This document shows positions 27,702-37,300 of a DNA stretch of 64,000 bases, piece after piece (position 1 is the stretch's first letter; every line of letters starts with the position of its first letter). The stretch lies in assembly GCA_041906885.1 (NCBI GenBank), contig JAYRII010000012.1, forward strand, positions 94,955 through 158,954, written 5' to 3'. The DNA is from Candidatus Saccharimonadia bacterium. GTDB taxonomy: Bacteria > Patescibacteriota > Saccharimonadia > CAILAD01 > CAZGYV01. The notes beneath the pieces were generated by a model. That model did no database searches. It was given only the letters and a program-made list of their open reading frames with translations, and was not told the DNA's origin. The translations under genes and the position numbers were made by a program.

Positions 27702-28393
27702 GCTGGTTTTTCCATTTCAATAAACTTGTGCTTACCTATAGCTAAGGTGCCGATTTTATAGTTATCAATCCTGACTCGTTCAAGTTTAGTGATAGTGTGG
27801 TCAATTGCTTCAAAACTTCGCCTAATTTGTCGATTGCGGCCGGTAGTTAAGACAAGCCTGAGGGTATTTGAATTAATTTTTTTAACAAGTTTAAAATAAC
27901 TCATGCCATCATCTAGCTTGATTCCGCTCCTTAGCCTACTGATGTCATGTTGGCTTAATGGCGTGACGGTGGAGACAATATATTCTTTTTCTTTCGCACT
28001 AGACGGGTGGCTCATTTGCTGTACAAAATAGCCGTTAGAACTAAGAATCATCAGTCCCTGGCTATCTTTGTCTAGTCTACCAGCGCACTTAAGTCGTGAA
28101 AATTTTTTTGGTAGCAATTGGTAAATTGTCTCTTGGGATCCTTGGGCTTTGTGAGTACAAACGTAACCTTTTGGTTTATTAAAGACGATTGCTATATCAT
28201 TTTCCAGGCGACCGAGCTTGCCTTGGGCTTTAATGCTATCACTCTGAGACACTTTGGTCGTCAGTGCCGTGACTATTTGGCCGTTAATACTAACTTGCCC
28301 TTGCTTGATGAGTTCATCGGCCGATCTTCTGGAATTTGCCAGACTCAACTCAACCAGTCGCTTATTAAGCCTAATTAGGTTTGGCTGACTCAT
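27698..28393 (-). CDS. rRNA pseudouridine synthase (RsuA/RluB family)
   Basis: S4 domain, NKPKGY, GRLDKDS and GRNRQIRR. Confidence 0.92.
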   Translation of the reverse strand: MSQPNLIRLNKRLVELSLANSRRSADELIKQGQVSINGQIVTALTTKVSQSDSIKAQGKLGRLENDIAIVFNKPKGYVCTHKAQGSQETIYQLLPKKFSRLKCAGRLDKDSQGLMILSSNGYFVQQMSHPSSAKEKEYIVSTVTPLSQHDISRLRSGIKLDDGMSYFKLVKKINSNTLRLVLTTGRNRQIRRSFEAIDHTITKLERVRIDNYKIGTLAIGKHKFIEMEKPA

Positions 28394-28875
28394 TGCAACT
28401 TCGGCAGCTGTTTAATTGATGCTAGACCGAGAGCAGTCAGTAACTTTCCAGTTGTCTTATAGACTATCTGTGTTTTACTGGCATTTTGAATTTCAATGAT
28501 TAGTTTGCGAGCTAATAGACCCTTGATGCTTTGATCACTCGAAACACCCCTAATTTGCTCTATTTGTGATTTAGAGACTGGCTGATTGTATGCAACAATG
28601 GCCAACACCTCAAGGGCGGCTTGAGACAATGTTGGTGCGGTTTTATGCTGAAATAATTGGACATCTTGAGCAAATCTACTAGATACTGCGAGCTGGTAGG
28701 ATGTAGTGTGCTCGATTAGCTCCAAACCGCTATCAGTTAAATATTTTTTTAATTTTTTCAGACAATCTCTGATATCAGATTCTCTCATTTTAGTATTTTT
28801 TTGCAAATCGCTAATATCCACAAAACCAGGCTGACTAAAGAGGATGGCTTGTAGTTTGGCTACGTCGTCAGGCAT
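28390..28875 (-). CDS. scpB: SMC-Scp complex subunit ScpB
   Basis: LSQAALEVLAIVAYNQPVSKSQIEQIRGV. Confidence 0.9.
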   Translation of the reverse strand: MPDDVAKLQAILFSQPGFVDISDLQKNTKMRESDIRDCLKKLKKYLTDSGLELIEHTTSYQLAVSSRFAQDVQLFQHKTAPTLSQAALEVLAIVAYNQPVSKSQIEQIRGVSSDQSIKGLLARKLIIEIQNASKTQIVYKTTGKLLTALGLASIKQLPKLQ

Positions 28876-29573
28876 TTGTTGGCTCTTAAAATAAACTGCT
28901 CGTACTTACCAGTACTTTGCTTGATGATCAAAATACGGCCAGACTTGTGTAGCTCCAAGATGGCTAAAAAATACAGTACAGCCTCATGGGTGTTTTGGGT
29001 GTTATTTATAACCTCGGTCATATCGCAAGTACCTGACTGCAGTAGCTTTAATTCAAGCTTTTTAATGACCTGGTCAATTCTAATCTTTTGCTCAATCATC
29101 TCCCACTGAACATGTGGTTGACGGTTGCGGACATCACTTAGGCACTTTTGGTAGGCTGAGCTTATTAAATCTACTGTTAAGTTGGTTGGTGTTAGGTCTT
29201 GATTGGTAGAGTTCTTTAGACGTGGCCTTGGAATAGCTGGATTTTTGGATAATATTGCAAATTCTCGAGCCATGTTGCGGAATATGCGATAGGTTTTAAG
29301 CTGCTCAGTAAGATCTAGGGCTTCATCTTCTTCGTCTAGCGTGTCCTTGTCTGACAAAAGAACTTGTGATTTGATCCTGACTAGCTTACTTGCAATCTCA
29401 ACAAACCAATTTAACTCTTCTGGCTCGAGGTCTAGCTGGCTCATCTGGGCTAAGTAATCGTTGGTTACTTTACTGATCGCAATATCGGTAATATCTAGTT
29501 GTTCGCGCTCTATAAAACGCAAAAGCAGCTCCAATGGTCCTTCAAAATTTGCTAATAATACTGTGTAGCTCAT
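28860..29573 (-). CDS. scpA: Segregation/condensation protein ScpA
   Basis: FEGPLELLL and C-terminal FLAILEL. Confidence 0.9.
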   Translation of the reverse strand: MSYTVLLANFEGPLELLLRFIEREQLDITDIAISKVTNDYLAQMSQLDLEPEELNWFVEIASKLVRIKSQVLLSDKDTLDEEDEALDLTEQLKTYRIFRNMAREFAILSKNPAIPRPRLKNSTNQDLTPTNLTVDLISSAYQKCLSDVRNRQPHVQWEMIEQKIRIDQVIKKLELKLLQSGTCDMTEVINNTQNTHEAVLYFLAILELHKSGRILIIKQSTGKYEQFILRANKCLTT

Positions 29574-29591
29574 ATTGCCCTCCAGGAGAAA

Positions 29592-31001
29592 CTATTTTTT
29601 TGGTGATTGCTTTGCCACATTGATGCCCAGCTCATGTAATTGCTCTGGGTTGGCGGCTGATGGCGCATCTAGCATTAAGTCGCGCATATCGCCGGTTTTC
29701 GGAAAAGCCACCACATCTCTAATTGACGGCGTTTTCATCAGTAGCATAATAATTCGATCAAGGCCGGGCGCTAAGCCACCGTGTGGCGGAGCACCATATT
29801 CGAAGGCCTTTAAGAACTGCCCAAATCTATCGGTAATTTGATCGTCAGTCATACCCATCAATTTAAATATTTTGCGTTGCAATTTTGGATCGTGTATGCG
29901 CAAGCCCCCGCTTGATAGTTCAAAACCATTTAAGACCAAGTCATAGCTGTAAGCTCTAATTTTCAGTAAATCTTCTGGATTTTTACTGTCCAGTAATTTT
30001 AGGTCTTCGTCTCGCGGTCTGGCAAATGGATTGTGGGCAAAAGTAATGTCTCCCTCACTGTTTCGTTCGAAGACCGGAAAGTCAACGATCCAAACAAAGG
30101 CCAGCTCGTTGTCGTCTTGCTGATTTTTTCTCAGGTCTGGCTTATCGGTTTGGTATTTTTGAATGGCTTCGTCATAAGTCAAGCGAGGAAATTCATCTGG
30201 CAATTTCTTGTCTGGCAGCAGCTCTTTAATGACGCTTTTAAACATTGCTTCGGTCAGCTCGAGGATTTCGTCTTGAGTAACAAAGCTCATCTCGATATCA
30301 AGTTGTGTGAACTCGGGCTGGCGATCAAGCCGCAGGTCTTCGTCGCGAAAACAACGGGCGATTTGATAATATCTTTCAAACCCGGCAATCATGAGAAGCT
30401 GTTTAAACTGTTGAGGAGCTTGGGGTAAGGCATAAAATTTACCAGAATTTAATCGTGAAGGCACTAAGAAGTCTCGTGACCCCTCAGGGCTGCTTTTTGT
30501 CAAGATTGGCGTTTCGATCTCGATAAAACCAACTTTATCTAGGTAGTTTCTAATTGATTTTACAAATTTATGCCGAAAATGCATAATCTCTTGCATGCGG
30601 CGGGAGCGCAAATCCAAATAGCGATACTGCATTCTAGTTTCTTCGCCGACTGTATGATGCTCATCCTCTACCTCAAAGGGCGGAGTTTGGGCTGAATTGA
30701 CGATGATAATCTCATCAGCCACCAACTCAATTTTACCAGTCGACATGTTGGGATTGGCTAGTTTCTGAGGGCGTTGTTGGACATGACCATTGATTTCGAC
30801 AACGAATTCAGGTCTTATTGTGGCAATAGCTTCGGTTTGTTTACTTTGTTCGTTTTTAAATACTACCTGAACTCTATCGGTGTGATCACGTACTTCAAGA
30901 AACAACAGCTTGCCATGGTCACGCCTGACACTGACCCAACCGTTGATTTTAACTCTGTCCCCTGTTTGATTAACTAAGTCTCTAATATAAGAACGTTTCA
31001 T
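29592..31001 (-). CDS. aspS: Aspartate--tRNA ligase, short form without the GAD insertion
   Basis: RRDHG, YRYLDLR, ALPQAPQ, CFRDEDLRLDRQPEFTQ and GAPPHGG. Confidence 0.95.
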   Translation of the reverse strand: MKRSYIRDLVNQTGDRVKINGWVSVRRDHGKLLFLEVRDHTDRVQVVFKNEQSKQTEAIATIRPEFVVEINGHVQQRPQKLANPNMSTGKIELVADEIIIVNSAQTPPFEVEDEHHTVGEETRMQYRYLDLRSRRMQEIMHFRHKFVKSIRNYLDKVGFIEIETPILTKSSPEGSRDFLVPSRLNSGKFYALPQAPQQFKQLLMIAGFERYYQIARCFRDEDLRLDRQPEFTQLDIEMSFVTQDEILELTEAMFKSVIKELLPDKKLPDEFPRLTYDEAIQKYQTDKPDLRKNQQDDNELAFVWIVDFPVFERNSEGDITFAHNPFARPRDEDLKLLDSKNPEDLLKIRAYSYDLVLNGFELSSGGLRIHDPKLQRKIFKLMGMTDDQITDRFGQFLKAFEYGAPPHGGLAPGLDRIIMLLMKTPSIRDVVAFPKTGDMRDLMLDAPSAANPEQLHELGINVAKQSPKK

Positions 31002-31085
31002 TGGGTGTAATTATACCAGAGAAACTCATAAAATCAGAGTGTCGCTTGTAAGTTTATGTAAAAATATCTTACTAGTTGGTCGGAT

Positions 31086-31526
31086 TTAGTTTGATGCTGG
31101 AGGTGTGTCGTCACTCACTACGGGCGGCTTATCGCTAGTTTGAGCGGTTGAGTTGGCTGCACCAGACAGTACACGTTTGACCGTGACTACAACATCTTCA
31201 AGAGTTACTTGTGATTTGACTAAGTATTGATCTACGCCGAGTTTTTCGCCTCTTTGGCGATCCTCTGGCGACGATAATGCCGTCATCATAATGACTTTGG
31301 TCTTGGCGGTTTCTGGCGTCGAACGAATAATATCAAGCACATCAAAGCCTGAAATGCGAGGCATCATGACATCTAGTACGATTAGGTCGGGCTTCTCCTT
31401 GACTGCGGCGGCCAGTGCTTCCTCGCCATTGCCTGCTACTACCAAATTAAAACCTTCTGCTTGGAATCTCGCAAAATAGACATCACGCAGGTTGACGTCG
31501 TCTTCAACTAATAAAATTTTTGCCAT
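31086..31526 (-). CDS. Single-domain response regulator
   Basis: [19 protein letters not shown] and YLVKSQ. Confidence 0.9.
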   Translation of the reverse strand: MAKILLVEDDVNLRDVYFARFQAEGFNLVVAGNGEEALAAAVKEKPDLIVLDVMMPRISGFDVLDIIRSTPETAKTKVIMMTALSSPEDRQRGEKLGVDQYLVKSQVTLEDVVVTVKRVLSGAANSTAQTSDKPPVVSDDTPPASN

Positions 31527-31580
31527 TACACCTTCCTTGTTTTATGAATATTGTAATCTCAAATAGCCCAATGATGCAAG

Positions 31581-33302
31581 TTATTTGACTAGCGGCAGCG
31601 AAAAATTAAATTTGCTACCCTTGCCAACTTGGCTTTCGACCCAAATGCGCCCGCCATAGGTTTCGATTAAACTGCGAGCGATATAGAGGCCAAGCCCGGT
31701 ACCGCCGATCTCTCGAGTCATTGAGCTATTGACACGATAGAATTTTTGAAATAAATGTTTTTGGTCTTCAGCTGAAATTCCAGCACCGGTGTCAGCCACT
31801 GAGACAGTGACACTTTGCCGATTACCACTTAGATAGACATCAACCCCTCCTGTGGCGGTGTATTTGATCGCGTTATCAATCAAATTTGAAACCACCTCTC
31901 GAAGTCTTTCAGGGTCAGCACTGACCTTATATGTAGGGGCAAGTACTAATTGATTTTTCATGCTAGTCTCTCCGATATGGGTATGCAAGACTAAATTCTT
32001 GCGTTTAGCAATAATTTCCATTTCTGAGGCAATTTGAGTGATCAACTCGCTTAGATTAAAGACTTGTCGATTGTCTACTAATCGCTTATCTTCTATCTTG
32101 GTAACACTCAAGAGGTCTTGGAATAATTTGCCCAGATGCAAGGCAGAGTTATGTGCTTTTGAGATAAAGTTTCTTGCTCTCTCGTCGACTGTTGCTAAAT
32201 TAGGATTGATGGCCATTGATAGATAGCCCTCAATGGCTGCTACAGGAGTACGCATCTCGTGACTAGCAGTTGATACAAATTCATTACGCTCACGCTGAAC
32301 GGCTTTCTGCTCGGAGATATCATGAAATACAGCGACCGCACCTTCGATTTGTTGACGTATGTTATAGGTCGGTGCAATTGAGATTGAGAACGAGATTTTT
32401 TGATTGTTTTTATCGAGCATATAAAAATCATCTCTACTTGTGTGCTTGTTTTCTTTTAATACCATCATAAATGGATCGGTCAGATTATTGATTTCTTGGT
32501 CTTTAGCATCTTTTAGCTTAAAAATAGTATTGTATTGTATACCAAGAGCACTATTGATGTCCCAACCGGTCAGTCTCTCAGCTGCTTGATTAAATAATAC
32601 AATTTTAAGATTTTTATCAACACCAACTACAGCATCATCGATGGCACTCATCATGAGTTGTTCTTTAACTTCAGCTGTATCCAATTGGCTGATAAGCTTT
32701 TCGGCAATGCTAATATCTTTGCGGTAGTTATCAATTAGAATACTAATGACAAAACTGAGCGCGGTCGCAGTGACAGTTAAAATCCAGACTGTAATACTAC
32801 CGAGATGGTTGGTATGAGTGGTGAATGTGAGACCAGCTGCAATCAGGTAGTAAAGCAAAGTCAGTGTAGTAGCGAGAAAGCAAACGCGCCGTGATAGTAG
32901 GCCGGCAATAATTACGACCGTAAACCAGCGCACGAAATATTGGCTAGCCAATCCCCCATCGGCGAACGTTAAAATCATTAGAACTAAAGAGATAGTGAGC
33001 GCAACTGAAAAAACCGCCATTGGCCGGTCGCGAGATTTTAATTTAGGCCAAATTATTAAGTTGTAGATCAGTCCAATAACCGACAGTCCTATTGCAGAGA
33101 ATTTAATTATCAACGAATAACTGTTTAATTGACCTGTTTGAGGTAAAAATAGTACAGTTGCTATGACTGCAAGCTGGAGTACGGAAGAAATGTACATTAA
33201 CCAGTTGTTAAAACGTCGGTCAATACGAGAAACTCGCCACAGGTCACTTTCGGTATTGGGTGGATTTTTTATTTCTGCCGACTGATTGGTAGTTGGTACC
33301 AT
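31581..33302 (-). CDS. Membrane-bound PAS-domain sensor histidine kinase
   Basis: Several TM helices, PAS (FNQAAE), ASHEMRTP, NLIDNAIKY, DTGAG and GTGLGL. Confidence 0.93.
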   Translation of the reverse strand: MVPTTNQSAEIKNPPNTESDLWRVSRIDRRFNNWLMYISSVLQLAVIATVLFLPQTGQLNSYSLIIKFSAIGLSVIGLIYNLIIWPKLKSRDRPMAVFSVALTISLVLMILTFADGGLASQYFVRWFTVVIIAGLLSRRVCFLATTLTLLYYLIAAGLTFTTHTNHLGSITVWILTVTATALSFVISILIDNYRKDISIAEKLISQLDTAEVKEQLMMSAIDDAVVGVDKNLKIVLFNQAAERLTGWDINSALGIQYNTIFKLKDAKDQEINNLTDPFMMVLKENKHTSRDDFYMLDKNNQKISFSISIAPTYNIRQQIEGAVAVFHDISEQKAVQRERNEFVSTASHEMRTPVAAIEGYLSMAINPNLATVDERARNFISKAHNSALHLGKLFQDLLSVTKIEDKRLVDNRQVFNLSELITQIASEMEIIAKRKNLVLHTHIGETSMKNQLVLAPTYKVSADPERLREVVSNLIDNAIKYTATGGVDVYLSGNRQSVTVSVADTGAGISAEDQKHLFQKFYRVNSSMTREIGGTGLGLYIARSLIETYGGRIWVESQVGKGSKFNFSLPLVK

Positions 33303-33501
33303 ATATTTAATATTGTAGCATAAACAATTACATCAAAAGCTTAATAATAACTTAAGTTAGTGCGTCAATATCTAGTAGTACTTATATCTGTGGCGGCTGG
33401 ACAAAATAGTTGAATTATAGCTCAACTGCTTTGTGGGCCGCCACCCGACCTTAAGGCCGGGTAGCGTGAACCAACTTTGTCTCGTCTAACGAAAAATTTG
33501 G

Positions 33502-33615
33502 TTATTGGTCGTTTTTACGCAGGGCCGCGATCATGGCAGCAAGACCGATACATACCCCCACAAAGGAGTATGCAATTGTGGCAACCACCAACTTGTCATA
33601 AATCCGCTTCTTCAT
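33502..33615 (-). CDS. Putative 37-aa single-TM peptide MKKRIYDKLVVATIAYSFVGVCIGLAAMIAALRKNDQ
   Basis: GGAG RBS 6 nt before ATG; basic-hydrophobic-basic layout. Not in the ORF track. Confidence 0.6.
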   Translation of the reverse strand: MKKRIYDKLVVATIAYSFVGVCIGLAAMIAALRKNDQ

Positions 33616-33746
33616 TATTATCTCCATTTTTATTTGGTCATGCAGTATCCCTTACAGATACAAATGTACTAAAAAACCATCTTACCAATCAGATGGCTTT
33701 TAAGACCTACTATCTAACAAATGGTGCATATTGGCAATAATTTTCT

Positions 33747-33927
33747 TGGTGATCCCACGGGGAGTGTAGCTACGCTACGTGCATTCGCAGTGCTCGATCC
33801 GCCCGGTGGCGGATTCTGTGCTCTGCTCATTGGCACCCGCCCCATGGGTTCGAGATATCTCACGATATCAACCATGAAAAATGCCCACCTTGCGGTGAGC
33901 TTCTTTCATGGTGATCCCACGGGGAGT
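33747..33927 (-). repeat. tRNA-Glu 3'-end duplication (19 bp, period 162) enclosing a structured element
   Basis: TGGTGATCCCACGGGGAGT at 33747-33765 and 33909-33927. Confidence 0.85.
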
Positions 33928-33983
33928 CGAACCCCGGTTACCAGGATGAGAACCTGGCGTCCTAACCACTAGACGATGGGACC
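33909..33983 (-). tRNA. tRNA-Glu(CTC)
   Basis: GGTCCCATCGTCTAGTGGTTAGGAC...CCAGG-TT-CTC-AT-CCTGG...GGTTCGACTCCCCGTGGGATCACCA. Confidence 0.96.
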
Positions 33984-34081
33984 GGACTAATATTAGCTAT
34001 TTTTAACCACAAAATAATACCATAAAAAGTTATTTACTCCAAGAGGCCCATGTGCATTAGATGTGATAAAATATAATTCTT

Positions 34082-35314
34082 ATGGCAAATAAAAAACCAC
34101 AATTTAAAGCTATCGACATCAGTATTCGCAAACGAGCTATAAAGCCAGAAGTTCCACTGGGAAAAAAAAGTCTCAGCACACCCCAGACTACAAAAAGCAC
34201 TAAAATATCTGCCGCTACTGAGCAGCAAACAGCAAGCTCCCCGTCCAAACCCAAAAAAAGGCTTAGTAAAAAGACAAAAATAATCATAATAGTGACAGTT
34301 ATTCTATTAGTTTTGTCTGCCGCGGGGCTGATTTTTTATTATACTCGCCCCAAGCCGACCACTACTCGCGCTCAAACTAGCGTCAAGACATCAGAAGAAG
34401 CAGTTAAGCCGGCTACCGTGCCGAGTCCTTTGACTGGTGTTGGTGTTGGCGGGGCGGCTGCCAAGCAGCCGGTTGTGGCGGTTGTCGTCGAAAATTTCTA
34501 TCCAGACGCTCGTCCCCAGTCTGGTTTGGCCAGCGCCGGAGTAGTTTATGAGGCCTTAGCCGAAGGTGGAATTACGAGATATCTTGCTCTCTATCAGGAT
34601 CATTTAGCACCAGATATTGGTCCCGTGCGGTCGCTCAGGACCTACTTTGTTGACTGGGGGCTTGAATACAACGCTCCCGTTGCGCATGTCGGTGGTAATG
34701 CCGATGCACTAGATTTAATTAAACCACTCAATATGAAGAATCTTGATCAATTCTATAATGGTAGCTACTTTCGGCGAGTGACGTCACGCTATGCTCCACA
34801 TAATGTTTATATCATTGATGCGCAGATGAAAAAATTATTAAATGATCGAGGCTACGCTGGCGAGCCAACCTTTACTCCTTGGCCGAGGAAAGACGATAAA
34901 AAGTCAGATAGTTTAACGGCCTCGACTATCACTGTGAATTTTTCCGGTGCTGACTATCAGGCGAAATTCGAGTACGACCCGAGCAGTAACAGTTACGCGC
35001 GATTTGTGCGCAACACGCCTGATGTGGACGCCAATGACAAGGTGGCAGTTAAACCCAAAAACGTTATTGTAATGTATATGCCAACTCAATTTGGTGCGAC
35101 TAGAATTGGTGAGGCTACTGTTGTTATGCAAACCGTCGGTACTGGCAAGGCGGTTGTTTTTATGGACGGTGTGGCGACTGAAGCGACCTGGAAAAAAGCC
35201 AGTCATGAAGGTCGGACACAGTATTATGACACCAACGGTGCTGAAATCAAGCTAAATCGCGGCCAGACATGGGTATCGGTGATACCGGTTGGCAAAGAAG
35301 TCAGCTACAAGTAA
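34082..35314 (+). CDS. DUF3048-like membrane-anchored protein
   Basis: SPLTG, ARPQSGL, EGGITR, GPVRSLR and RYAPHNVY. Confidence 0.85.
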   Translation: MANKKPQFKAIDISIRKRAIKPEVPLGKKSLSTPQTTKSTKISAATEQQTASSPSKPKKRLSKKTKIIIIVTVILLVLSAAGLIFYYTRPKPTTTRAQTSVKTSEEAVKPATVPSPLTGVGVGGAAAKQPVVAVVVENFYPDARPQSGLASAGVVYEALAEGGITRYLALYQDHLAPDIGPVRSLRTYFVDWGLEYNAPVAHVGGNADALDLIKPLNMKNLDQFYNGSYFRRVTSRYAPHNVYIIDAQMKKLLNDRGYAGEPTFTPWPRKDDKKSDSLTASTITVNFSGADYQAKFEYDPSSNSYARFVRNTPDVDANDKVAVKPKNVIVMYMPTQFGATRIGEATVVMQTVGTGKAVVFMDGVATEATWKKASHEGRTQYYDTNGAEIKLNRGQTWVSVIPVGKEVSYK

Positions 35315-35317
35315 TCT

Positions 35318-35716
35318 TCAGTCGTTTTGAATATTGATACTAGTGCTGGTGGAATTTTGAGTGTTGGCAGATCCGTCGTCACTACTAGCTGATTGGCTCG
35401 ACTGATTAGTAACTGACACGTTATTAGTGCCGTCTTTGTGCTCAACAGTTGAGTCGGAGCTTGAGCTGACCGATCCACCTGGGCTTGTCTGGCGACTAGT
35501 TTCCTGCTTGATTTCGACCTTAGACTTCTCGGACTGATCACTCATTTCAATCTCCTGACTTACCTCTGGCAATTTGGTGGCATGATTTTTACTATTTTGC
35601 TTACTGGTTGAATTATGCGTTTGTACCGCCAGGCCAATACCACCAAGAATCAACGATGCCAAAATACCAAATCCGATCTTGGTAAATATTTTTTGGCTAT
35701 TTCTAAACTTAAACAT
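35318..35716 (-). CDS. Hypothetical S/T/N-rich exported or anchored protein
   Basis: N-terminal TM or signal segment with a low-complexity polar tail; downstream of sipW. Confidence 0.6.
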   Translation of the reverse strand: MFKFRNSQKIFTKIGFGILASLILGGIGLAVQTHNSTSKQNSKNHATKLPEVSQEIEMSDQSEKSKVEIKQETSRQTSPGGSVSSSSDSTVEHKDGTNNVSVTNQSSQSASSDDGSANTQNSTSTSINIQND

Positions 35717-35771
35717 TATCGTAATTCCCCTAATTCATTCTACAATACAAAGAGTAAAATTCTGTAAGATT

Positions 35772-36722
35772 TTACTCATTTTTTATGTTAATAATATTGG
35801 TTGTCTGATTGCTGGTTGACGAATTACCACTATTAGAGCCGTTACCACTAGTACTTTGTTGGTTGTTACTATTTATGATGCCGATATTGTTGTTATTCAC
35901 GATATTGATATTACAGTTGTCATTAAACGTGATTGAATTGGTCGAGCCAGGACCAGTGTCTGTAATCGTGCCACTGTGATTTGGCGTTGGGCAGGTGTTA
36001 TTGTTGCCACCTGAGCCTGAATTATTAACGGAGATGGTATTACCAATCAGACTAGCTTGAGAAAAAAGCCCTGCCCTGGCGTAACTAAAGCTTAACAATG
36101 AAAAAACCACAATCACCAAGGCTCGTTTAGCTATACCGTCAATATTGGGTCGGCCTGCCTTTGGTGTTTGATCAGCCGGTTTTGTCTTGTCTTTGATGGG
36201 AGGATTTTTGGGTAAATCATTGTGTGATTTGCTGGTTTTTCTAAGAGACTGTCGAAGAATTCTTATTTCATCGTAAATGATAAAAGCGGCCGGAATGAAA
36301 ATGAGTAATATTATAATTGGCCAGCCTTTGGAGTGGTTTAGGTAGCCGCCAATTTTGGGATAATGCCACTCTACCCTACCAACTACATTGCCACCGAATA
36401 TCTCAGCGTCATTCTGTTCGTTGGCGTCACCTTTCGTGATCAATGCCGGTAGACCTTGTTTGGTTTTTAGCTCGACGATGCGGTGAGTAATAGTCTGTTT
36501 GGTGTTTTGCGGATTGATATAGGTCACTACGTCGCCAGTTTTTAGCTGCTTATAGGGAACGCGATGGACTATTACCAGTGATTCCTGCGGGATGGCAGGA
36601 TTCATACTGCCAGTCAAAACCGACATGGCCCTAAAGCCAGTTTGCGGTAATAAAAAGACTGCCAGTATGATCCCGCTGATCACACAAATCGTGGCACAAA
36701 ATATTTTTAGAGCTTTGATCAT
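35772..36722 (-). CDS. sipW: SipW-type (archaeal/ER-type) signal peptidase I with a C-terminal extension
   Basis: VLTGSMNP, ITHRIV (Ser-His dyad) and TKGDAN. Confidence 0.85.
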   Translation of the reverse strand: MIKALKIFCATICVISGIILAVFLLPQTGFRAMSVLTGSMNPAIPQESLVIVHRVPYKQLKTGDVVTYINPQNTKQTITHRIVELKTKQGLPALITKGDANEQNDAEIFGGNVVGRVEWHYPKIGGYLNHSKGWPIIILLIFIPAAFIIYDEIRILRQSLRKTSKSHNDLPKNPPIKDKTKPADQTPKAGRPNIDGIAKRALVIVVFSLLSFSYARAGLFSQASLIGNTISVNNSGSGGNNNTCPTPNHSGTITDTGPGSTNSITFNDNCNINIVNNNNIGIINSNNQQSTSGNGSNSGNSSTSNQTTNIINIKNE

Positions 36723-36763
36723 GTTTTGATCTCCCGAAAAGGAATAATTTATTTGTGTTGTTT

Positions 36764-37300
36764 TTAAGGTTGTGTGCCAGTAAAGACAATGTCAAAGGCA
36801 TTGATCTGAGCCGCAGAGCCAGTCACAGCATCGGCGTGCACATTTACAACCACTTGATAGTTGTTTGTAGCAGCCGCATTGATAGTGGCAATTGAGACGT
36901 TGCCATTAATCAGATCCGCTAAAGTTGTGTCAACGACAGGCGAGTTGTCAATTTTCTGAATCTTGACTTCTACTTTGTTGAAATCTGTAAAGTTGCTGTA
37001 AGTTGGGGCAACTGGCACATGTGCAGTGACAGCTAATGCTACACCACCATTGTTTTTCAAATCAAAAGCGAAGGGTGTGGTATTCACACCAGGAACTACA
37101 TTTGTAAGCATAAAACCCTGCGCCGAGCTACCAAAACCAGACCCAGTATCAACTTGCAAATCAGCCGTGGCAGTAGCTAGCGTGTTATTTGTCAGGGTCG
37201 CAGTTGAAGTCAAATTCGCAAAAGTTGCACCTGCGACTAAAGTGAGAGTTGCTCCAATAGCAACAGCAGCACGAGAGATTGCCATACGTCGTGTTGTCAT
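36764..37300 (-). CDS. TasA/camelysin-like protein with a SipW-cognate signal peptide
   Basis: GATFANLTSTATLTNNTLATATADLQV, NVVPG and LKNNGG; adjacent to sipW; GAGGGGGTGA RBS. Confidence 0.75.
   Translation of the reverse strand: MTTRRMAISRAAVAIGATLTLVAGATFANLTSTATLTNNTLATATADLQVDTGSGFGSSAQGFMLTNVVPGVNTTPFAFDLKNNGGVALAVTAHVPVAPTYSNFTDFNKVEVKIQKIDNSPVVDTTLADLINGNVSIATINAAATNNYQVVVNVHADAVTGSAAQINAFDIVFTGTQP

Noticed and set aside
33477-33972. Plus-strand ORFs of 87 and 83 aa
   Set aside because: They lie antisense to tRNA-Glu, its linked element and the better-supported 37-aa peptide.
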